From NCBI GenBank assembly GCA_041671365.1, contig JBAZBP010000001.1:116459-180458 (forward strand): a stretch of DNA of 64,000 bases, read 5' to 3'. Source of the stretch: Patescibacteria group bacterium (GTDB lineage: Bacteria > Patescibacteriota > Patescibacteriia > Patescibacteriales > UBA12465). Shown piece by piece: positions 38,668 to 52,907 of this stretch (position 1 is its first letter; each line of letters begins with the position of its first letter). A model generated the notes under the pieces. The model ran no database searches and was not told where the DNA came from. It was given only the letters and a program-made list of their open reading frames with translations. Made by a program: the position numbers and the translations under genes.

Positions 38668-40191
38668 ATGTCAACCACAAAAGATTTTATTGTTGAGCAA
38701 TTAAAAGAAGAAATTGCCGGCTTTAAAGGAGGAATTACCGAAAAATCGACTGGTCGAGTTTTAAAAATTTTTGATGGTATTGCTTTAGTTTCCGGTTTAT
38801 CGGAAGCGATGATGAGCGAAATTTTAGTTTTTAAAACCGCAAAAGGCGAAGTCAATGGCGTAGCTTTGAATTTAGAAGAAGACCAAGTCGGAGTTATTAT
38901 TTTTGGCGACTATACGGCCATTAAGGAGGGCGATGAAGTGGTTGCCACCAAAAAGATTTTAGAAGTGCCGGTGGGCGAAGCTTTAATTGGCCGAGTAGTT
39001 AATCCTTTAGGCGAGCCCATGGACGGTAAAGGAAAAATAGCGACCACTAAATTTTATCCGATTGAAAAAATTGCTCCCGGCGTAATTACCCGTGATCCGG
39101 TTAAACAATCTGTTCAGACCGGGATTAAGGCTATTGACGCGATGATTCCTATCGGTCGCGGTCAAAGAGAGTTAATTATCGGTGATCGTCAACTCGGTAA
39201 AACGGCAATTGCCATTGATACTATTATCAACCAGAAAGGAGAGAACATGAAATGTGTTTATGTGGCTATTGGTCAAAAAGAATCTAAGGTGGCCAATATT
39301 GTGGCTAAACTGGAGGCTACTGGGGCGATGAAATATACTACGGTAGTTTTAGCCGGCGCCTCTGCTTCCGCTTCTTTACTATACATTGCTCCTTATGCCG
39401 GTTGCGCTATGGCTGAATATTTTCTCGATCAGGGTGAAGATGTTTTGATTATTTATGATGATTTATCCAAACACGCGGTGTCTTATCGAGAAATTTCTCT
39501 ATTATTACGCCGACCCCCGGGAAGAGAAGCTTACCCGGGCGATGTTTTTTATTTGCATTCTCGATTACTCGAAAGATCTTGTAAATTAAATAAAGAATAC
39601 GGCGGCGGTTCAATTACGGCTTTACCGATTATTGAAACCCAGGCCGGTGATTTGTCGGCCTATATTCCGACTAATGTTATTTCTATTACCGATGGCCAGA
39701 TTTTTTTGGAACCGGATTTGTTTTATAAAGGTAATCGCCCGGCGGTTAATGCCGGATTGTCCGTATCTCGAGTTGGTTCGGCCGCTCAGATTAAAGCAAT
39801 GAAAAAAGTGGCCGGTAAAATGCGTCTTGAGGCCGCTCAATATCGGGAACTGGCTGCTTTTGCTCAATTTGGATCAGATCTTGATTCGGAAACTAAGAAG
39901 AAATTAAGTCGCGGTCAGCGCTTATACGAAATTTTTAAACAGGATCAGTACCAACCGCTTTCGGTAGCGAAGCAAGTTTTAATTTATTATACTTTGATTA
40001 ACGGCTTGATGGACGATGTTCCGGTTGAACGAGTTCGAGAATTTGAGAATGGTTTGTATAAATATGCCGATTTGCATGATGAAGTTTTAAAAGTAATCAA
40101 TACTAGAAAAGAACTGGACGAAGCGTTGGAGGTTCAAGTTAAAACTTTAATTTCCGATTACAAGACAACCGTTGAGTATTTAGTAAAGTAA
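38668..40191 (+). CDS. atpA: ATP synthase F1 subunit alpha
   Basis: Motifs [18 protein letters not shown] and SITDGQ. Confidence 0.99.
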   Translation: MSTTKDFIVEQLKEEIAGFKGGITEKSTGRVLKIFDGIALVSGLSEAMMSEILVFKTAKGEVNGVALNLEEDQVGVIIFGDYTAIKEGDEVVATKKILEVPVGEALIGRVVNPLGEPMDGKGKIATTKFYPIEKIAPGVITRDPVKQSVQTGIKAIDAMIPIGRGQRELIIGDRQLGKTAIAIDTIINQKGENMKCVYVAIGQKESKVANIVAKLEATGAMKYTTVVLAGASASASLLYIAPYAGCAMAEYFLDQGEDVLIIYDDLSKHAVSYREISLLLRRPPGREAYPGDVFYLHSRLLERSCKLNKEYGGGSITALPIIETQAGDLSAYIPTNVISITDGQIFLEPDLFYKGNRPAVNAGLSVSRVGSAAQIKAMKKVAGKMRLEAAQYRELAAFAQFGSDLDSETKKKLSRGQRLYEIFKQDQYQPLSVAKQVLIYYTLINGLMDDVPVERVREFENGLYKYADLHDEVLKVINTRKELDEALEVQVKTLISDYKTTVEYLVK

Positions 40192-40193
40192 TT

Positions 40194-42561
<2,368 letters not shown>

Positions 42562-42563
42562 TT

Positions 42564-43010
42564 ATGTCTCAAAAGACTATAAAATTCGAGATTGTTACTC
42601 CGGAAAAAGTTGTTTTTAAAAAAGACATTCTTCAAGTTTCAGTGCCGACGACTAGCGGAGAAATTACAATTTTACCTGATCATATTCCCTTAATTTCGGT
42701 TTTACGGCCCGGCGTCATCGAATTGAAGAAAGAAGACGGAGCTCTAGAGTTGATGTCTGTATCGGGCGGTTTTATTGAGGTTATGAAGGGAAAAATAGTG
42801 ATTCTGGCCGATACGGCCGAAAGAGCTGAAGAGTTAGACGCGGAAAGAATAAAAATAGCCCAGCTTCGAGCCGAAGAGTTAAAAAAGAGCGCTCAGAATG
42901 TAGATGATGTGCAGTTTGCCGATATCTCGGCACGCCTGGAAAAAGAATTGGCGCGAGAAAAGACAGTTAATCGCTGGAGGCATTTAAAAAATTTAGATAA
43001 TAAAAATTAA
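42564..43010 (+). CDS. atpC: ATP synthase F1 subunit epsilon
   Basis: Motifs EIVTPE, GEITILPDH and SGGF. Confidence 0.96.
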   Translation: MSQKTIKFEIVTPEKVVFKKDILQVSVPTTSGEITILPDHIPLISVLRPGVIELKKEDGALELMSVSGGFIEVMKGKIVILADTAERAEELDAERIKIAQLRAEELKKSAQNVDDVQFADISARLEKELAREKTVNRWRHLKNLDNKN

Positions 43011-43047
43011 AATAAGTTCATTTAATTAATATAAAAAGGAGAATCAC

Positions 43048-43851
43048 ATGTTTAATCAACGACCAGACAACCTACTTCATAATATGACAGAAAAAAATAA
43101 AGACCATCATGAGGAGTTATTGGATCATGAATGGGAAAAATCAGAACGTAATACTATTATTGAAGCTTTGAAATCAGGCAAAAAAATTGCCGAGATTATT
43201 AAAGACGTTCCCGGTTTTCAAAAAGCTTTTGATCACCGACTTACTTGTTTGGAATGTTCCGACGGTCGGGTTTGTTCCGGAGCTAAATTGGGGTTGCCGG
43301 GAGCCAGCGGCATTCTTCTTTCCGAAGAAGGAAAAAAGATTTTAGCCGAAGTCCTGAGAGACAAGGGCCTTTTATTGACTGGTCACGAAAGTTGTGGTGC
43401 GGCCGCCTTAGCCCATCCGGGAGATGATAGCGACAAATATGGTTATGAAAACGTTCGAGCTTTAGCCACCGTTACCGGCAATTCTTATGGAGAAGTCTAT
43501 AAAGATCAATTTGTCTGTTCGGTCCATAATGAAAGATCCTTGGTGTTAGAAGGTACTGGTCGATTTGATTGCGCTAACTGGAAGGAGTTTCCGGCGCAAT
43601 TTATAAATTCTGCCCCCTTTTTGGGACTGCCAGATGGTGATATAAAAAATACTGTGACGGCTTTATCTCAAATTGCATTTAGTGATCATGGATATGGCCA
43701 GAGATTTAATGCCCAGAACCCATTTTATGTCATAGTTTCCGCCGACAGTCAGGAGAAGCTCGATCATCTTCTAACATTGGCCCATGAAGCGGTTAAAGAT
43801 TTTGGTGATAAAGTAAAAGTAGATGGTTTTATTGCCCCCGACAAAAAATAA
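43048..43851 (+). CDS. Hypothetical protein with beta/zeta carbonic-anhydrase-like metal ligands
   Basis: CSDGRV ... GHESCGAA (Cys-x-Asp-x-Arg and His-x-x-Cys). Confidence 0.5.
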   Translation: MFNQRPDNLLHNMTEKNKDHHEELLDHEWEKSERNTIIEALKSGKKIAEIIKDVPGFQKAFDHRLTCLECSDGRVCSGAKLGLPGASGILLSEEGKKILAEVLRDKGLLLTGHESCGAAALAHPGDDSDKYGYENVRALATVTGNSYGEVYKDQFVCSVHNERSLVLEGTGRFDCANWKEFPAQFINSAPFLGLPDGDIKNTVTALSQIAFSDHGYGQRFNAQNPFYVIVSADSQEKLDHLLTLAHEAVKDFGDKVKVDGFIAPDKK

Positions 43852-43871
43852 GTTAGCCGGAAAAAAATCAA

Positions 43872-43899
43872 AAAAGACTGTTGTCTCCAACAGTCTTTT
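43872..43899. terminator. Bidirectional terminator between convergent genes
   Basis: aaaagactgttg-tctc-caacagtctttt. Confidence 0.85.
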
Positions 43900-43921
43900 A
43901 TTTTTGGGTATTAAACCTTTT

Positions 43922-44740
43922 TTATTTTAGGAATAGCCAGAGAAAAATTATAGCTCCTAAAATTATCCGATACCAGCCAAAAGGTACAAAATTATTGTTT
44001 TGGATAAATTTAATAAAAAATTTAACGCCGATTACGGCCGTTACAAAAGAAACAAAAAAACCAATCAACCACATAAATAAATCTTGACCGCTTAAGCCGC
44101 TTAGAAAGTCTTGGCTTTTATAAAGATCTAAGCCGGTGGCGGCTATCATAGTCGGAATCGCCAAGAGAAACGAGAATTCCACGATATCTTGTCGTTTAAC
44201 GCCCAAACTCAAACCGCCGACTATTGTCGCTCCGGCACGTGATACACCGGGAATAATCGCTAAAGACTGACAAGTGCCGATAATCGCCGCTTGCTTATAA
44301 GAAATAGAAGACAATTCTTCCGGCGTCGACTTACTAACGGCTTGCTCGGCGACTAAAGGGTTGTTTTGATGGGGATAATATTTTTCAAATATTATTAAAA
44401 TAATGCCGCCGAGCAAAAGAGCCGCGGCGATAATATAGTTATTATCCATCAGATAGTTTTTAACTATTTTATAGAAAGCTAAACCGATAATGGCGGTTGG
44501 AATAAAAGCGGTAGTGATTTTGCCGATTAAATTCCAACTGCTCCAAATTTTTTTCCAAAATAAAATTACAACGGCCAGAATTGCCCCGAGTTGAATGGAA
44601 ATTTCAAAAGTTTTTAAGAATTCCGTGCTGGGAATATGTAGCCAGTCGCTCGCCAGAATCAAGTGGGCAGTGGAGGAGATCGGTAAAAATTCTGTTAGCC
44701 CCTCGATAATACCGAGTATTAAGCTGTAAAAAATTGTCAT
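43922..44740 (-). CDS. uppP: Undecaprenyl-diphosphatase
   Basis: Motifs EGLTEFLPISSTAH, PGVSRAGAT and EFSFLL. Confidence 0.97.
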   Translation of the reverse strand: MTIFYSLILGIIEGLTEFLPISSTAHLILASDWLHIPSTEFLKTFEISIQLGAILAVVILFWKKIWSSWNLIGKITTAFIPTAIIGLAFYKIVKNYLMDNNYIIAAALLLGGIILIIFEKYYPHQNNPLVAEQAVSKSTPEELSSISYKQAAIIGTCQSLAIIPGVSRAGATIVGGLSLGVKRQDIVEFSFLLAIPTMIAATGLDLYKSQDFLSGLSGQDLFMWLIGFFVSFVTAVIGVKFFIKFIQNNNFVPFGWYRIILGAIIFLWLFLK

Positions 44741-44841
44741 ATTTTGAGATTTAAAAAATAATATCTATATTCTACAACAAAATTAACTATTATTCCATTG
44801 TCTTGACAATTAATTTTTAAACGTCTAAAATTATAACATAA

Positions 44842-44868
44842 TTAGCACTCGTCTTTATTGAGTGCTAA
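44842..44868 (+). promoter_or_regulatory. CIRCE element upstream of groES
   Basis: Perfect TTAGCACTC-N9-GAGTGCTAA downstream of TTGACA (44803)-17-TAAAAT (44826). Confidence 0.97.
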
Positions 44869-44896
44869 TAATAATTTATTTAATATTAGAAAAAAT

Positions 44897-46866
<1,970 letters not shown>

Positions 46867-46887
46867 TTTTTAAACCGATTCGTTTTT

Positions 46888-46917
46888 AAAAACCGTTCAT
46901 TTTTGAGCGGTTTTTTT
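46888..46917 (+). terminator. Intrinsic terminator after groEL
   Basis: aaaaaccgttca-tttt-tgagcggttttt followed by T's. Confidence 0.8.
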
Positions 46918-46976
46918 GATTTTAATTTTTAGATTATTTTGCTATAATATATTCATCTAATCTTTTAAATTTTATT

Positions 46977-47468
46977 ATGAAAAATGTTAAAAATTCTCGC
47001 CATCGTCCGGTGGTGGTCGTTGTTTCCGGTTATTTTAATCCCCTTCATGTCGGGCACTTGGAAATGATTTCTCGGGCTAAAAAGTTGGGCGACAAATTAG
47101 TGGTGATTGTTAATAATGATAAGCAGGTAAAATTAAAAGGCAGTGTGCCTTTTATGTCCGAAGCGGATAGATTAAAAATAGTTAAGGCTTTACGTGATGT
47201 TGATGAGGTATTTTTATCAATTGATGATTATAAATTAGCCAGCGGGCATGTTCCGGTTATAAAATCTTTAGCTAAAATTAAACCGGATATTTTTGCTAAT
47301 GGCGGCGATCGCCATAGCGTTGGGGATGTGCCCGAATATGCCATTTGTCAAAAATTAAAGATAAAAATGGTTGACGGTTTAGGTCGAAAAATTAGAGCTA
47401 GTTCTGTTATCATCGCCCAGGCCAAAGCGCGCGAAATTAAAACTTGTAACTCTGCTTGTTGCGGTTAA
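46977..47468 (+). CDS. Cytidylyl/adenylyltransferase (TagD/RibL-like)
   Basis: SGYFNPLHVGH (HxGH) and FANGGDR. Confidence 0.85.
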   Translation: MKNVKNSRHRPVVVVVSGYFNPLHVGHLEMISRAKKLGDKLVVIVNNDKQVKLKGSVPFMSEADRLKIVKALRDVDEVFLSIDDYKLASGHVPVIKSLAKIKPDIFANGGDRHSVGDVPEYAICQKLKIKMVDGLGRKIRASSVIIAQAKAREIKTCNSACCG

Positions 47469-47491
47469 TTATTTGACTGAAAAATATAATT

Positions 47492-48436
47492 ATGAAAAAA
47501 ATAGTCCGCTATTTATTAATTATCGCCGTTATTTTTTTGGCTACTATTGTAGTAGTGAGTATTTTTTACGCCCAGTCTATTTATAGAAATTTGGTTGCCG
47601 GCAATAGATCGGAGTTTCCATACTTATTAACAAAAATTTTTGATCGTTTGTCTCCGTCGTCGCCGCTTGTCCCTATATTGAAAGCTGAATATACTATTCA
47701 GATTCTCGAAGGCTGGACTAATCAAGATATTGCTCGTTATTTGGCTGAAAAAGGAAACTGGACCACTAAAGATTTTCTAGAAGTTGCCGGTTCGGCTCAA
47801 TTTTCCGATAGCGGCTCGGCTGTAGCAGCGAGCTCTACCGAATTGGCCGCTCGTTTTTCTTTTTTAGAGGATCGGCCGAAAAACGTTGGGCTGGAAGGTT
47901 ATTTGTTTCCCGATACTTATCGTATTTATGCCAGTTCGACCGTTAAAGAAATAATTGTCCGCATGTTAAATAATTTTAACGAAAAGTTGACGTCTAAAAT
48001 GCGAGCAGATATCAAGTCTCAAGGAAAAACAATTTATGATATAATTATTATGGCCTCTTTGATAGAAAAAGAAGCGCCGATTAATTATAAGCAAGGCAAT
48101 AACTCTGATGCGAAAATTATTTCCGGGATTTTTTGGGATCGACTTAAAAATAATCAGGCCTTAGAATCCGATGCCACGCTTTCTTATATTTTAAAAGATA
48201 ATCAACCTAGCCATAGCGGTCAAGAATTAGAAATTAATTCTCCTTATAATACCTATAAATATCGAGGGTTGCCACCGGGACCGATTTGCAACCCCGGTTT
48301 ATTGGCTATTGAGGCGGCTATTTATCCGACCTGGTCTCAATATAATTATTTTTTATCGCCGCCGGAAAAAAACACGGTAATTTATGCTAAAACTTATGAC
48401 GAGCATTTGAAAAATGTCTATCAATATTTAAGATAA
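47492..48436 (+). CDS. mltG: Endolytic transglycosylase MltG
   Basis: Motifs LEGYLFPDTY, ASLIEKE and SPYNTYKYRGLPPGPICNPG. Confidence 0.95.
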   Translation: MKKIVRYLLIIAVIFLATIVVVSIFYAQSIYRNLVAGNRSEFPYLLTKIFDRLSPSSPLVPILKAEYTIQILEGWTNQDIARYLAEKGNWTTKDFLEVAGSAQFSDSGSAVAASSTELAARFSFLEDRPKNVGLEGYLFPDTYRIYASSTVKEIIVRMLNNFNEKLTSKMRADIKSQGKTIYDIIIMASLIEKEAPINYKQGNNSDAKIISGIFWDRLKNNQALESDATLSYILKDNQPSHSGQELEINSPYNTYKYRGLPPGPICNPGLLAIEAAIYPTWSQYNYFLSPPEKNTVIYAKTYDEHLKNVYQYLR

Positions 48437-48440
48437 ATTT

Positions 48441-50828
48441 ATGTTTACTGAACCTTCAACAATTTTATCTTCAGAAAACGAGACCGTCGATGATTCCGTG
48501 AACGGCGAGCCGGAATCTTCGCCGCCGCCGTTTAAAAAAATTTTATTTCTAACAGCTTTAATTTTAGCTGTTGTTATTTTAGGAATTGCTATTTTTTTTG
48601 TAGTTAAAAAATATTGGCCATCCCCAAGACAACCGGTGGTAAATAATTTAGATTTGACCAGCAGTACAACTGTTCCGGTTTCACCGGCTACGACCACTCT
48701 ACCAAACCTAGATCCGATAGCGACGACAACCGTCGACGTGGCGACGTCTTCTTTTTCTAATTTAGAGATAGAATATTTATCGTTTGCTGATTTTTATAAA
48801 GCGCCAGACAACAAAATCATCCCAAAAATTATTAACTACCCCTTGCCGTTAAACGTTAAAATAGACGTAATGAATTATTATGATATTTCTCGTAAATTAA
48901 ATCTAGACCCCGGGTTGAATGATCTAAACGGTCAGGGGTTTACCTTGATTAACAATCCTTGGCCGCAAAAATCCCCGGATTTTTTTGCTCTTTACGGCAG
49001 TTTGAGCGCCAATCAGATCCCTTTGCTGATTACTTCCGATTTTATTATCTATAATTATCAGAATATTTTAAAAAAATCCTTTAAAGATATTGAAAAAAAT
49101 GTTTTTTATAATAATCTTTGGGATATTAATTATCGTTTATATACCGCCGCGAAAAATCGTTATGAAGCGCGCTTGGCCAGTATCGGCAACATTAACGACT
49201 CTATTCTGGAAGGAGAAAGGCTGGAAACCGCTTTTTTTGCGGTTGCTCTAGAATTATTAAAACCGGCTGTTAATCAAACTCCATCCAACAGCGCTTCGCC
49301 TAACTTAGATTTATTTACGAAGACGGAAACCGATCGTTTTTATTTTGTAGTTCCGCCCTATCTTCGTGATGACGTCTTGGCGGAAGAGAATCTTATTCGC
49401 GGCGCTAATGCTTCCCAGACTAAATCTCCGGTTTTTCTTTACCCGCGTGATTATAAGGAATTTATCGTGCCCCCAGATTATCGCACGGATGCTAAATTAA
49501 ATAATTTTTATTTAACCACTAAGTGGCTAAATTCTGTTTTTCCTTTGAATTATCGCGATAAAAATTGCCCGAACTGTCTTCTTGATCGGGCGGATTGGCG
49601 GATTAATTTAACCGCCGCCAGTTTAATATCTCAAGACTTTTCTCTGCTTCCGGAATTGAAGAATAAATGGGCCAGAATTTATAAAGTGATGTCTTTTTTT
49701 AAAGGCTTGCGGGAAGATTTGAGTTATATTAACTATCGTGATTCCTTGAGTTCTTTATTTGGAGCGGATTATAAAATTGATGAACTATTTAGTGATCAAA
49801 ATAAACAGGGGCTAAGTAATTTAGAAAAATTACGCGCCAAGCTTTCGGATCTTGATTTTTCGGTAATTGCCGGAGGTTTGGATCGTAATTCGCCGTCTTT
49901 TAAGTCTCAATCGGGCCTTAAAGTGCTGGCTGAATCATTTTGGCCCAATGATTATATTTTTAGCCGATTAACAGCGCCGACCGTTAGCACTTATTTAGGA
50001 ACTAGCACGCTTTCGACTAATATTACTTCTTGCAAAAAGAATCAGTCAACTGTGCGATGTACCGGTTTTTCGCTTGATCCGATAAATCTAGTTTATCCTA
50101 TCGGAGGGAGTCTTTATTTTGCCGAGAATACCAATTACTTGCATTATAATCAAGAAATATCCAATCTTCAGGCGAAAATGTCTAAGGATAATGTTAAGTA
50201 TACCAATAACTATTGGACAACCCTGAATTTAATAAAAATATTTTTATCTCCAGATAAAAATCTTCTGCCTGTGTTTGCTTTATCTCCGGAGTGGAGGAAC
50301 AAGGAACTTAAAACGGCGGCGGCTGTCTGGATTAATCTTCAGCTACCTCTAGAAAATTTTTCAGTTGTCCCTACTTTTACCGGGACAAATATTAACAGCT
50401 TAACCCAATTAAATAAAAATTCTTATGTCGAACCTAATTTGAATTTAATTAATGAACTGATAGCCAATAACAACATGCTTTTAGGTATGTTTAATGCCTT
50501 GCAATTGGACACAGAGGTCCCAGCGGCGTCGCAGAATATTAAAAATTTTTCGTCTAATCTAATTGCTTTGCAGCAAATAGTGACTAAAGAGCTTGCCGGT
50601 GAATCGTTGACGACGACCGATAATGAAACGATTGTCGGCTTCACTCGACAATTTAAAATTACTAATTACTCGCCCGGCAATCAGCAATTATATTTAAGTT
50701 TTCCTCAGACAAAAAACGGCCTTAAAGAAGATCTTAGCCAATTGCAGTTATTAGTTTTAATTCATCAAGAGGGCAATAATAAAGTATTTTCCGTCGGTCC
50801 GGCGTGGAGTTATCAAGAGGGTCGTTAG
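48441..50828 (+). CDS. Membrane-anchored surface protein, DUF3160-like, with a Ser/Thr/Pro-rich linker
   Basis: N-terminal TM helix; STTVPVSPATTT linker; IPLLITSD, YVEPN and GPAWSYQE resemble DUF3160. Confidence 0.55.
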   Translation: MFTEPSTILSSENETVDDSVNGEPESSPPPFKKILFLTALILAVVILGIAIFFVVKKYWPSPRQPVVNNLDLTSSTTVPVSPATTTLPNLDPIATTTVDVATSSFSNLEIEYLSFADFYKAPDNKIIPKIINYPLPLNVKIDVMNYYDISRKLNLDPGLNDLNGQGFTLINNPWPQKSPDFFALYGSLSANQIPLLITSDFIIYNYQNILKKSFKDIEKNVFYNNLWDINYRLYTAAKNRYEARLASIGNINDSILEGERLETAFFAVALELLKPAVNQTPSNSASPNLDLFTKTETDRFYFVVPPYLRDDVLAEENLIRGANASQTKSPVFLYPRDYKEFIVPPDYRTDAKLNNFYLTTKWLNSVFPLNYRDKNCPNCLLDRADWRINLTAASLISQDFSLLPELKNKWARIYKVMSFFKGLREDLSYINYRDSLSSLFGADYKIDELFSDQNKQGLSNLEKLRAKLSDLDFSVIAGGLDRNSPSFKSQSGLKVLAESFWPNDYIFSRLTAPTVSTYLGTSTLSTNITSCKKNQSTVRCTGFSLDPINLVYPIGGSLYFAENTNYLHYNQEISNLQAKMSKDNVKYTNNYWTTLNLIKIFLSPDKNLLPVFALSPEWRNKELKTAAAVWINLQLPLENFSVVPTFTGTNINSLTQLNKNSYVEPNLNLINELIANNNMLLGMFNALQLDTEVPAASQNIKNFSSNLIALQQIVTKELAGESLTTTDNETIVGFTRQFKITNYSPGNQQLYLSFPQTKNGLKEDLSQLQLLVLIHQEGNNKVFSVGPAWSYQEGR

Positions 50829-52807
50829 CGCCGATATTCAAAAACATAAACCCGATCGTTGATTGCCCACCATTTAGAGGCCATAACTTTAGCTTCATTA
50901 ATTATCCGGTCACTTTGGTACCAATATTTATTGATAATCAAATAACCGCTATCGGTTCCGCTCAGATTTAAAGCTCCAATCATATTTTCTTGGCTGGGGC
51001 TTTTATAAACCATGTTTAGATAATATTGATAGAGCGGTCCGCCGGTCGGGATAGGATAAAAATAAACTGGGCCGAGAGATGTTTGATAATAATGATTAAA
51101 TCCTAATTCCTGCAAGGCGGCAGCGCTGACCTGTTGATTCGCTAAAACAATATAGGGATTGGGAGAATTTTGGTTGATTAATTTAACGGCGGCGAGATCG
51201 TCAGCACTGACACTATAACCGCGGCTATTATAATATTTATCCCAACGCGGATATGACAAATAAAGACTGATGCTCAGCAGACTAATTCCCAGAAATAACC
51301 AAATTATTTGGATTAAATTTTTTTGTTGACGAATTTTTATAATTATTTGATTTAAACCAGCCATTAGAAACGGCAACAGGAAGATACTTATTATAATCGG
51401 CAAGCGATTGGCATAATCCGCCTGTTCGTAAGCAACTAAATTATTAAAAACAATCTGGCTGCTTAATAGGTAGGAGAATAAGAGAGCTAAACTTATTAAA
51501 ATCAAACTTCTTTTTAAAATTTTGTCTTGTGGGCTATCATTTTTTGGCTGTCGGTAATAAAAAAATAAGACGACGCCTATAGTTATAATTAAAAATAGAT
51601 TATAATTGTTAGCTAAAAAATAAATAAAATTAGACAGCCAATCTTCCTGGCCGACCATTCCCGGGTTGGCCAGTAGAGTTTTCAGGGGCGATAATAATAA
51701 ATTTAAGTAATTATTAATTTTTGGCCACTGGCCGCCGCCCGCCAAAAGTAAAGCTAGCGGTAAAGCTACCGACATGGAAATAAAAATTATTGATCTAATC
51801 ATTTTTTGCAGCGTGAGTTTTACTTTTTTTTGGTATTTTTCAAAAGTTAGCCAGATGACAAAAGTCAGAGCCGGTAAGCCGGTCAAAGGATGAACGGCCG
51901 CGGTCGCTAAAGCCAACACCCAGACGATTATTAAGCGAGAATAAGTGAAGCTGGCGAGCACGGTTAATATCAAAAATAAATAACTGAGGTTTTGCGGCGT
52001 CGTTAAAATAAATGGAGAGAATGTTAGAATTAATAGAAAAAGAACGGTTAGCGGGGCATTAATGTTTTCTTTTTTAAGGAAACGAAAAAAAGCCGTCGGT
52101 AAAAATAAAGCGGTTAGTCCCGGGACGATAATTTTATTTAAAAAATTAATTGATATTCCGCTGATTTGATGGACAATGACAATTAGGCCATATTCTCCGA
52201 GGTAATAAGGTGTTTTAGGCGGCACCAGTCCCTCAGCAGAAATTAGTTTCATGGTAGCCTGGTGGATAAAGGGATCAAAACCGTAACCGATTTTATAGAC
52301 GATAACGGCAATAGATAAAGAAATTAGATAATGTAGGGAAACTAAAATAATTTTTAGATTGTCGGAAAAATTTTGTTTAATTAAAATTAGTACCAATAGT
52401 AAAGAAGCTAGGGAATAAAACCCAAAAAAACTAGGATTGATTATTTGCCAGGGAGAAACTATCGCCCGGTCGCTTTGACTAAAAAATAATTGAATAACGA
52501 TGAATAAACAAAATAAGCCGTAAGCCGTTAAAAGAATTTTATTTTTTTGGCTTAGAAGGGAAAGATGGTTTAACGTTTGAATTTCGTTTTTTATAATTTT
52601 TTCTTCGACTGCTCCCCCTTTTTTAAAAAAATGCAGAAAAGCTATAAAACTGCCAATAATTAAAACTAAAGATAGAATAATTCCTAACCAATTTAAGGCG
52701 TATAAATAATAAACCACCGCCCCCCAAATTGCCGTTAAAGCGACTAGGAACAATAAATAATCATTTAAATTGTTGGTAATTTTAGGCCAGTTTATGAGCT
52801 TTTTCAT
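50825..52807 (-). CDS. Multi-TM membrane protein, probable GT-C fold
   Basis: About 14 TM helices, YGFDPFIH, HPLT, soluble C-terminal domain. Confidence 0.55.
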   Translation of the reverse strand: MKKLINWPKITNNLNDYLLFLVALTAIWGAVVYYLYALNWLGIILSLVLIIGSFIAFLHFFKKGGAVEEKIIKNEIQTLNHLSLLSQKNKILLTAYGLFCLFIVIQLFFSQSDRAIVSPWQIINPSFFGFYSLASLLLVLILIKQNFSDNLKIILVSLHYLISLSIAVIVYKIGYGFDPFIHQATMKLISAEGLVPPKTPYYLGEYGLIVIVHQISGISINFLNKIIVPGLTALFLPTAFFRFLKKENINAPLTVLFLLILTFSPFILTTPQNLSYLFLILTVLASFTYSRLIIVWVLALATAAVHPLTGLPALTFVIWLTFEKYQKKVKLTLQKMIRSIIFISMSVALPLALLLAGGGQWPKINNYLNLLLSPLKTLLANPGMVGQEDWLSNFIYFLANNYNLFLIITIGVVLFFYYRQPKNDSPQDKILKRSLILISLALLFSYLLSSQIVFNNLVAYEQADYANRLPIIISIFLLPFLMAGLNQIIIKIRQQKNLIQIIWLFLGISLLSISLYLSYPRWDKYYNSRGYSVSADDLAAVKLINQNSPNPYIVLANQQVSAAALQELGFNHYYQTSLGPVYFYPIPTGGPLYQYYLNMVYKSPSQENMIGALNLSGTDSGYLIINKYWYQSDRIINEAKVMASKWWAINDRVYVFEYRR

Positions 52808-52907
52808 AGTACTTTAATCATAGCAAATTCTTGCTAAAATTGGCAATTTTGGCTACTATTAATTTAGTTATACTCAATAATTAGTTTAAAATAGCTAAAT
52901 TTTAACC

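Noticed and set aside
44858-44896. N-terminal extension of GroES from a TTG start
   Set aside because: The TTG lies inside the CIRCE operator; homology starts at ATG 44897
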